A stretch of DNA of 64,000 bases from Bdellovibrionales bacterium GWB1_55_8 (lineage in GTDB: Bacteria; Bdellovibrionota; UBA1018): contig MEPR01000073.1 of assembly GCA_001769835.1 (NCBI GenBank), forward strand, positions 1,112 to 65,111, given 5' to 3'. A model generated the notes under the pieces. It was not told where the DNA came from, ran no database searches, and saw nothing but the letters and a program-made list of their open reading frames with translations. Made by a program: the position numbers and the translations under genes. This document shows, in pieces, positions 57,408-64,000 of the stretch (position 1 is its first letter; the number at the start of each line of letters is the position of its first letter).

Positions 57408-58484
57408 ATGAGCGCTTTCATTGGGAAGAACCGAGGACTAATGGGACTTTTGGACGAAACACGTGATTTTCGGCCAGATCCCGAACCGGCTGCCGCGCCG
57501 AGCCTTCGTCCATTCGAGCCTCGCGAACCCGAGCACAGTTCCAGAGCCGGGCGCGGAGACCTCCTCGAAGCCTTGCAGGAACTCAGCACGGCTCTGCGGA
57601 ACGAGCGTGCGAATTCGAAACAGCTCCACACCCAGCTCGAGAGAACGCGCGCCGTTCACGCCAAGGAACTTGCCGAGCGTGAAGCGCAAACGCGGGCCAT
57701 AGCAGAGCGGGAACGGAAGCTTCTTGAAACGCAGCCCGAAGCGCAAATGCGAGAAAGGGCGCTCCAGAACCAGATCGCCACACTCGAACAGGAGATCCAG
57801 AAACTCCATGCGCAGCTCACCCGCGCCGAACAGGACCGGAGCGAAGAACAGCGCAAATTGAACTTCGAACTCGAACTCATGAGGGCCGCTCAGCAACACC
57901 GGACCAACAGCGACCAGAGCCTGACCCGCATGCTTTCAGAAGCTCGCAACCAGTATGACCGGCTGAGGAACAAGGCTCAGGCGATCCTGCAGGCTTACAG
58001 GAACGCGGAACAACGCCGACAGGAACTGCAGATGAAGCTGCAGGTCGCCGAAAAACTGTTCGAACCTTCAAAACGGGAATTGGTTCAGCTCAGAACCGCC
58101 CTGCACCACGCCAATCGGACTGCTGAAAAAGCTTCGTTCGAACGCGACCAGCTTCTCTCCAATCTCAAGTCGCTGAAAAACCGCTCATTGTTGCATGCAC
58201 AGCGCTCGAATGGAGAACAGGAAAAGATCAAGGATCTGCAATCCTCGATCGAAAGCGAACGGAATGAAAAACACATGGTTCTGAGCTGCCTTCGTTCCGC
58301 TGAAGCGAAACTGGGACAGAAAGAAGAGCTCATTTCCCACCTGACCAGGGAACTCGAGGTCTTGCGCCAGGCCAGCGAAACCAGAGCCTCCGCCAAGAGC
58401 CATGCCGCACCGGACACCATTTCAGCAGAAGAAGCACAAAACCTGTGTGACCGTTACTTCGTGGCCTACCCTGCCGAAAGCTAG
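57408..58484 (+). CDS. Long coiled-coil hypothetical protein
   Basis: E/Q/R/L-rich heptad pattern over most of 358 aa; no signal peptide or TM helix. Confidence 0.7.
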   Translation: MSAFIGKNRGLMGLLDETRDFRPDPEPAAAPSLRPFEPREPEHSSRAGRGDLLEALQELSTALRNERANSKQLHTQLERTRAVHAKELAEREAQTRAIAERERKLLETQPEAQMRERALQNQIATLEQEIQKLHAQLTRAEQDRSEEQRKLNFELELMRAAQQHRTNSDQSLTRMLSEARNQYDRLRNKAQAILQAYRNAEQRRQELQMKLQVAEKLFEPSKRELVQLRTALHHANRTAEKASFERDQLLSNLKSLKNRSLLHAQRSNGEQEKIKDLQSSIESERNEKHMVLSCLRSAEAKLGQKEELISHLTRELEVLRQASETRASAKSHAAPDTISAEEAQNLCDRYFVAYPAES

Positions 58485-58981
58485 TCTTTCACCCGCTGCA
58501 TGCGAAGGTAGTCCGCGTTTCCCGGACAGCCCATCTGCCAGCGCTTCGTCGGCAGATCCAGAAGAATCGTGCCCTCACGGCAGTGAAAAAACTCAAGCGT
58601 GTTGACCTTGTCTTTGGTCTTCAGGTTGAGTTCCGTATAGATCACTTCCGAGCGGAACCAGACGAGCTGCGCGGCCTCCTGTCGGCTCGCCACATCGGGC
58701 GAAACCCAGTAGACCTCAAGAATGCTGTCGGACCCCGGATCGCTGCTCACGTAAATTCCGCCTTGTGCCTGGGCCAGTTTTTCGAATTCCAGATCCTTGG
58801 CCTTGGACTCGATCTTGCGCCCGTCGGCCGTCTGGAACACACCCTTACGGCCTTTCAGCTTCAGGCTGGCTCCTGATTCGGAATCCCTGAATTCTCCCCG
58901 ATACTCCGACGGGATAACGCCGCAGGCGGTTCCGATGACCACGAGTGCGAGGCCGATGCTGTATTGATAAAAAGCGTTCAT
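58481..58981 (-). CDS. Putative beta-rich lipoprotein
   Basis: Lipobox GTAC; AAAGGG RBS; directly downstream of the 61314 gene. Confidence 0.7.
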   Translation of the reverse strand: MNAFYQYSIGLALVVIGTACGVIPSEYRGEFRDSESGASLKLKGRKGVFQTADGRKIESKAKDLEFEKLAQAQGGIYVSSDPGSDSILEVYWVSPDVASRQEAAQLVWFRSEVIYTELNLKTKDKVNTLEFFHCREGTILLDLPTKRWQMGCPGNADYLRMQRVKD

Positions 58982-59010
58982 TTTGTCGCCCTTTCCTTGA
59001 ATTCTGCCAA

Positions 59011-61314
59011 TTAGAACTCTGACCGATGAATGACGACCGTGCGTCCGTTCTCTTTCACTTCAAGCTCAAGAACTCCACCCTCGTTCTCCGTGCGAATCAC
59101 GATTGGCACCAGAAACGAACTCTCCTGGCCATTTCGAAGGGGATTCAGATACTGGGGATTGGGTCCCGCCACCGCGAACGGATCCCCGCTTTTCGGCGTG
59201 ACCTTCACGTGCAGCTGCAATCCTCGCAGTGAACTTCGCGAGTGAACGTTCCGGATCACATATTCGACCCGCGAAATTCCGGCTTTCCTGAGCGAAGCCA
59301 GGCTTTGCGCGAGCCGGATCGTATAATCATTCAGCACCGGAATCTGAGGAGCCTGATCGAGAAGACCGATGCGGCGCGAGCCCGCACCCACCGCTTCGAT
59401 CACCAACGGAATTCGAGGAGAACCCCCTTTCCGGGCAATCACCTGAAATTCAATAACGCGGCTCTCACCCGGATTCAGAATACCGAGAGTCATCGCGCCG
59501 TCCAGGATCTCGAGAGTCGCCGGATCCGATGAAAGCTGAATGCGCGTCCCGGCGTCGGAAGGCACCTGCGACTGATTTTTCACGCGGATCGCAAGCGTCC
59601 CTTCGATGCCTTCGTGAAGTTCCGGCGTTCCCTCCAAGGCAATCCCGAGAACGAAGTGCGGAACGATCTTGATGACCTTCTCTCCAATATTGCGGCCCTG
59701 GAAAAAAGCCGTGACCCGGAAGGATACTGCCCTTCCAACCGCTGCTTCTTCAAGCCGGAATTCCAGGAGTTCAGAAACGCGGGTGAGGCTTTTCGCCTTC
59801 AGCCCGCGAGAAAGCACCGTTTCCGCGACACCGATCACCGCCGAACCGGAATCAAGCGCCTGAAGCTGGATTTTGACGTCTTTGCCGGCTTCCGCGGCAT
59901 CCGCGAAATTCCTCAGCTGAACACGGATTCGGAGCAGCTCTCCAGGTTCATAGAGGCCGTTCGGGATTGTCTCGGTCGCTTCGGCCTGAAGGAGCCGGAC
60001 AGGCCTGAGTTCAAAATCCTTGTCCTCGTCGATCTGGCCACGACGGTACTGTTCCGCCGCATAGCCGGGATAAACCTCGTCAAACTTCTTGCGATAGGCG
60101 GCATTGTAGGCGGCCTGATAAAGCTCCCCTACTCGTTCTTCGTAAGCTGCCCTGCGAGCTTCCTCGAAGTGCTGGTTGTAGTAACCCTGGTAGCTGTCGC
60201 GATAAGCGACCTGGGAGGCATTCGAGAACGCCTGATCGTAGGCATAGCGATGTGCGCGGCCATAAGCGTCGTTGTAAGCGCGAGAATAACCGGCGGCATG
60301 CCCATCCGCATGGCCACGGCGCAGATCATAATCGTAACTCCGGCTCCGAGCGCTTCGGCAGCCATCCTCCGCACCGAGGCGCCGCGCGCGATCGTAAGCC
60401 GAATCAAACGCGTAACGGTAATTCGTGTGGAAACCGGAATTGTAGCCATCGGAATAGCCGCCTTCGTAAGCGCGTCTTTCTTCCGGTGTGTTGTAGCGCG
60501 GGCGGGGATTATAAAACCGCCGATCAGGATGAGCTGATGAGGCGGTCGCCGAACTCAAAAGAGCCTGGAAGCCCTGTTTGATTTTCTGCGCAAACCCCGG
60601 CGCGCTTGAGCGCTGGCTGAATTCGTCTTCTGAATCGATGGGCTCCGCGAATCGTTCATCGCGAACGTCTTTCCTTCCGCGCGTGTAATCCTCGGCCACG
60701 GCTTTTCCGAGGGCATCCCTGTCGCCCGAGGCAATGCCATCGGCGCGGCCTCGTTCAGAGGCATCGGACTGATTGGCCTCGCTCGTCCCGCGAGCGCGAC
60801 CCAGGGGTTCTGCCTCGTTCTTCGCGTCGCGATTGGCGCGGGCAAGGCCATCGGAACGGCCTTCACGTTCGCCCTCTGCGCGTCCGTTGAATTCACCTTC
60901 GCGCTGCCCGTTGGAGTTGCCTTCATACTCGCCCCGGACAAATCCTTCGCGATAGCCGATGTCGTAAGCTTTTCGCTTTTCGTCGCGTTCGCAGCGATCA
61001 AAGCCCTCGCGAAACCCACGCTCGCGGCCTTCGCGGTCGCCTTCAGCAGGTCCGCGCACGTTGCCTTCACGTGAACCATCGGCTTGTCCATCATGATGGC
61101 CGGAGCGGCGGGCGCCACTGAGATCGAGTTCGATCGGACGCGGAGTCGGTGTGGCGGTCGCAGTGGGCCTAGGAGTCGGCGTCGCTGTCGGCCTCGGCCC
61201 GGGAGACGTCGTGGGTGACGGCCGTGGTCCCGGACGGGGCCTTTCTGCTGCGAGCCCGGATGCGGTTGTCGAAATCAGGAACACCAAAGCCAGAACTGCC
61301 GCGGATATTTTCAT
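59011..61314 (-). CDS. Exported protein with Pro/Thr linker, GxxxG/YxxxY periodic helical region and C-terminal Ig-like domains
   Basis: Signal peptide; PRPTATPTP repeats; period-4 Gly/Tyr repeats; NGLYEPGE and LNPGES Ig-like motifs; AGGGGG-like RBS. Confidence 0.75.
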   Translation of the reverse strand: MKISAAVLALVFLISTTASGLAAERPRPGPRPSPTTSPGPRPTATPTPRPTATATPTPRPIELDLSGARRSGHHDGQADGSREGNVRGPAEGDREGRERGFREGFDRCERDEKRKAYDIGYREGFVRGEYEGNSNGQREGEFNGRAEGEREGRSDGLARANRDAKNEAEPLGRARGTSEANQSDASERGRADGIASGDRDALGKAVAEDYTRGRKDVRDERFAEPIDSEDEFSQRSSAPGFAQKIKQGFQALLSSATASSAHPDRRFYNPRPRYNTPEERRAYEGGYSDGYNSGFHTNYRYAFDSAYDRARRLGAEDGCRSARSRSYDYDLRRGHADGHAAGYSRAYNDAYGRAHRYAYDQAFSNASQVAYRDSYQGYYNQHFEEARRAAYEERVGELYQAAYNAAYRKKFDEVYPGYAAEQYRRGQIDEDKDFELRPVRLLQAEATETIPNGLYEPGELLRIRVQLRNFADAAEAGKDVKIQLQALDSGSAVIGVAETVLSRGLKAKSLTRVSELLEFRLEEAAVGRAVSFRVTAFFQGRNIGEKVIKIVPHFVLGIALEGTPELHEGIEGTLAIRVKNQSQVPSDAGTRIQLSSDPATLEILDGAMTLGILNPGESRVIEFQVIARKGGSPRIPLVIEAVGAGSRRIGLLDQAPQIPVLNDYTIRLAQSLASLRKAGISRVEYVIRNVHSRSSLRGLQLHVKVTPKSGDPFAVAGPNPQYLNPLRNGQESSFLVPIVIRTENEGGVLELEVKENGRTVVIHRSEF

Positions 61315-61361
61315 GAGTCCCCCTGTGGCTGCCAACAAACGGTCAATAGCAGGAGCCGGAA

Positions 61362-61377
61362 AGCAAGCAAGGTGCCA
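61362..61377 (-). promoter_or_regulatory. sigma54 -24/-12 promoter
   Basis: TGGCACCTTGCTTGCT on the minus strand, 47 nt upstream of ATG 61314. Confidence 0.7.
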
Positions 61378-61569
61378 CGCCGTCCGCTTGTCGGGCGCCT
61401 TCTTCTAACTCAAAACACCTTAAAAAACGAGAACTTCAAATTGACGCGCACTCGGGCCCGCCGGCCTTCACTGGGACCAGGGCCAGGCTGATACCGCTTG
61501 CCCTCTGTTTTTAAGGAAAAATAAGGGTCAACGTGACACTGACTCGCAGGCAAGGTAATCACCCAAGGC

Positions 61570-62319
61570 ATGGATCAGAAATTAGAATTCACTCCGGTCG
61601 GCACGATCCGCTCGTGCTTTCGGGAGAAATTTGGAATTCCTAGACAGGCAGGGCTGGTACCCGATTCGAGGGCTGTTCTGAAGTTCAACGACGGCCAGGA
61701 GTTCCGGGACGCGCTTCGCGGGCTCGAGGGGTTTTCACACGTTTGGATCGTAACGGTTTTCCACGGCAATACACCAAGCGAGGAAGGCAGCTGGAAACCA
61801 CTCGTCCGACCCCCACGCCTGGGCGGGACTCAGAAAGTCGGAGTCTTCGCGTCGCGTTCCCCACATCGCCCGAACCCGATCGGGCTTTCAGCCGTGAAAT
61901 TGGAAAAGATTGTCGCCGATGCTCCGGGAGGAGCTGAACTTCACCTCAGAGGAATCGATTTTCTGGATGGCACCCCGGTGCTCGATGTGAAGCCCTATGT
62001 TCCCTACTCCGACAGCATTCCAGAAGCTTCTTCAGGGTGGGCCACACCGAGCGCGGAAATCCGGCGCGAGACGGGTGTCGAATTCACCGCGGCGGCTCTT
62101 CAAGCAATCAGTGATTTCGAAGCCCAGGGGTTCACGCGTTTTCGTGCATTGATTGAACAGGTCATTCAGCAGGATCCGAGGCCCTCTTTTCAAACAAGAA
62201 GGGCTCAAACGCAAACCGGTGCTTCAGAGTCTTACGGTTGCCGTCTCTATGACTTTGACGTGCGCTGGAAAATCGAAAACGACCAGGCGGTGGTGGTTGA
62301 AATCGAGGACCTTCGCTGA
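61570..62319 (+). CDS. trmO: tRNA (m6t6A37) methyltransferase TrmO/TsaA
   Basis: KFGIPRQ, VRPPRLGG, GVFASRSPHRPNPIGLS, DGTPVLDVKPY and QDPRP motifs. Confidence 0.93.
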   Translation: MDQKLEFTPVGTIRSCFREKFGIPRQAGLVPDSRAVLKFNDGQEFRDALRGLEGFSHVWIVTVFHGNTPSEEGSWKPLVRPPRLGGTQKVGVFASRSPHRPNPIGLSAVKLEKIVADAPGGAELHLRGIDFLDGTPVLDVKPYVPYSDSIPEASSGWATPSAEIRRETGVEFTAAALQAISDFEAQGFTRFRALIEQVIQQDPRPSFQTRRAQTQTGASESYGCRLYDFDVRWKIENDQAVVVEIEDLR

Positions 62320-63041
62320 TGCATTTCAGGATCCTTCACAAAGATGAATGGCTGGTCGCGATTGAAAAGCCCGCCGGCTTTCAGGTGCACCCACCGGAAA
62401 ATCCCGCGCACTCGCTTTCCCGGAACAAGAACTGCCTTTTTTTGCTTCGTAAACAGCTCGAGGAAAAGCTTTATCCCGTGCATCGCCTGGACTCGGCCAC
62501 ATCGGGCGTTCTCCTCTTCGCCCTGACCCCCGAAATCGCACGAAACCTGCAGTCGGCCTTTCAAGCTCAGGAAATTCAGAAGCGGTACTATGCTGTCGTG
62601 CGCGGCTTCACCCCGGACGAGGGCACGATCGATCATCCGCTCTCAGACCTGGACGCTCGTGAAGACGATGAAACGGCGCTGCCGGCAAAACCTTCACTCA
62701 CCCAATATGAAACGCTGTTCCGGACGGAAAAAGAAGTCGCCGTAGGGCGCTACGCCACGTCGCGCTACTCCCTGGTGCGGGTCGAGCCGAAGACCGGACG
62801 CCAGCATCAGATTCGAAGGCATTTCGCCCATATCTCGCACCCTTTGATCGGCGATACGGTTTATGGGGATGGCAAACATAACCGCCACTTCCGCACGGTC
62901 CTCGAAACCCGCGCTCTGCTACTGAAAGCTTACTCCCTGCGGCTTACGCATCCGGTTACCTCCGAGAGCCTTTTTCTGCGCTGCCGCTGGGGCGATACCT
63001 GGCAAAGAGTTTTCAACTTTTTCGGGGCCTGCCCTTTTTAG
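62319..63041 (+). CDS. truC: tRNA pseudouridine65 synthase TruC (RluA family)
   Basis: KPAG..VH, HRLDSATSG, GRY.TSRYSLV, TGRQHQIRRH and GDGKHNR motifs. Confidence 0.85.
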   Translation: MHFRILHKDEWLVAIEKPAGFQVHPPENPAHSLSRNKNCLFLLRKQLEEKLYPVHRLDSATSGVLLFALTPEIARNLQSAFQAQEIQKRYYAVVRGFTPDEGTIDHPLSDLDAREDDETALPAKPSLTQYETLFRTEKEVAVGRYATSRYSLVRVEPKTGRQHQIRRHFAHISHPLIGDTVYGDGKHNRHFRTVLETRALLLKAYSLRLTHPVTSESLFLRCRWGDTWQRVFNFFGACPF

Positions 63042-63080
63042 ATATTTGCCGAGATCAAAAAAATCGGAGAGAGTCATCGA

Positions 63081-63620
63081 ATGTACACTGGAATGAACAC
63101 CGGGATGAAAGTTCTTCTGCTGGCCCTCCTTTCAATCACTTCGATCCTGCCGTTTTCCCATGCCCAGGCTCTGCCCACTTCCATCGATCGCCCCGTTCTT
63201 TATCAGGGAGCCGAGAAGCTGCGCGGCTGTCTCGAAGGCGTGCTCCTGACGCATACGGAAGATCCCGGCAATATTTTTTCGGAATGGCGCGGGCCGGGCG
63301 TTCGCGCCAGCTCAGGCGGCGATGTCGATCCGTCGACGGCGCTCTTCATTTTCCAGATGATGCCATCCGACAAATGGTACGCGATCGCGTTTTACTCGCA
63401 GGACGACACGGGCTGGCAGCTCTTCTCTTATCATCGCGATGAAAAGCTGCAGGTCGGCTACCGCGCGCGCTCCATGGAACGGACGGGTTACCTGTTCCGA
63501 GTGGCACCAAGAAGCATGGCTTCACTCCCAGGCGGAATTGCCCCACTCGATGACACGCTTCCTTACACGGAAGTGGACTTGAGTATTTGCGAGGACTTCT
63601 TCAAAAGCTGGGAAAACTAA
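63081..63620 (+). CDS. Exported hypothetical protein
   Basis: Signal peptide ending AQA; no family recognised. Confidence 0.6.
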   Translation: MYTGMNTGMKVLLLALLSITSILPFSHAQALPTSIDRPVLYQGAEKLRGCLEGVLLTHTEDPGNIFSEWRGPGVRASSGGDVDPSTALFIFQMMPSDKWYAIAFYSQDDTGWQLFSYHRDEKLQVGYRARSMERTGYLFRVAPRSMASLPGGIAPLDDTLPYTEVDLSICEDFFKSWEN

Positions 63621-63623
63621 GGC

Positions 63624-64000
63624 TCAGCTCTCGCTCTTGATTCTGACATCCAAAGCGGCGTGCTGTTCTCCAGCCTGAAGAGACGCATGAATGCGATCTC
63701 CCGCGTGAACAGGAGAAACCCCGGCCGGGGTACCGGTGAAAATCACATCGCCGGGCCTGAGCGTGAAGATAGTCGATAGATAAGCAATGAGTGTCGGTAC
63801 TGAAAAAAGCATCTCAGAGGTATTCACGGACTGTTTACGTTCTCCGTTCACCTCAAGAGCGATCCTGAAATCGGCATGGGGGGCTATGTCACTCGCGGGG
63901 ATAAAATGGCTGATGGGCGCAAACGTGTCAAAGCCCTTGGCCACGGTCCAGGGAAGCGACTTCTTTTTCGCGGCCTCCTGAAGATCTCGAGCGGTAAAAT
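63624..64000 (-). CDS. Fumarylacetoacetate hydrolase family protein (5'-truncated by window edge)
   Basis: Frame open to the edge; FTARDLQ..PWTVAKGFDTF and LRPGDVIFTGTPAGV motifs. Confidence 0.9.
   Translation of the reverse strand, partial: FTARDLQEAAKKKSLPWTVAKGFDTFAPISHFIPASDIAPHADFRIALEVNGERKQSVNTSEMLFSVPTLIAYLSTIFTLRPGDVIFTGTPAGVSPVHAGDRIHASLQAGEQHAALDVRIKSES

Noticed and set aside
59614-60537. 307-aa plus-strand ORF
   Set aside because: Antisense shadow of the 59011-61314 gene.
61135-61225. Short DNA repeats (CRISPR or VNTR)
   Set aside because: Degenerate and explained by the Pro/Thr linker codons; no repeat-spacer structure and no cas genes.
1-64000. tRNA, rRNA, CRISPR array or recognisable anti-phage defence operon
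   Set aside because: None seen by eye in intergenic regions or the ORF set; tRNAscan-SE, Infernal and DefenseFinder were not run.

Overview
A 64-kb chromosomal segment of a GC-rich Gram-negative bacterium. Gene order (rpsP-khpA-trmD-SPOUT methyltransferase-rplS-rnhB-yraN-rsmI) and many exported hypothetical proteins suggest a deltaproteobacterial lineage, probably Bdellovibrionota/Oligoflexia (inference, no search run). About 59 CDSs. Core genes: otsA-like, UDG, aat/clpA/clpS, surE, lptD, accD, rsmI, rnhB, rplS, trmD, rpsP, coaD, rsmD, mgsA, typA, trmO, truC. No tRNA, rRNA, CRISPR array, integrase or transposase was seen. Most notable observations: (1) an 8.6-kb opposite-strand block inside the trmD-rplS operon encoding an outer-membrane barrel, a 7TM-DISM kinase and an atypical chaperone-usher pilus with three DUF4402-like subunits, one lacking the N-terminal donor strand, and no two-domain adhesin; (2) a translationally coupled pair of giant exported proteins, a putative pseudokinase/beta-rich protein and a subtilase, followed by a Tyr-rich lipoprotein; (3) a candidate ~100-nt GGA-loop (Csr/Rsm-like) RNA upstream of an HD-GYP gene; (4) sigma54-like and sigma28-like promoters before uncharacterised genes; (5) an NfnAB-type pair and a pentaheme cytochrome c. 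Family assignments come from motif recognition by eye.
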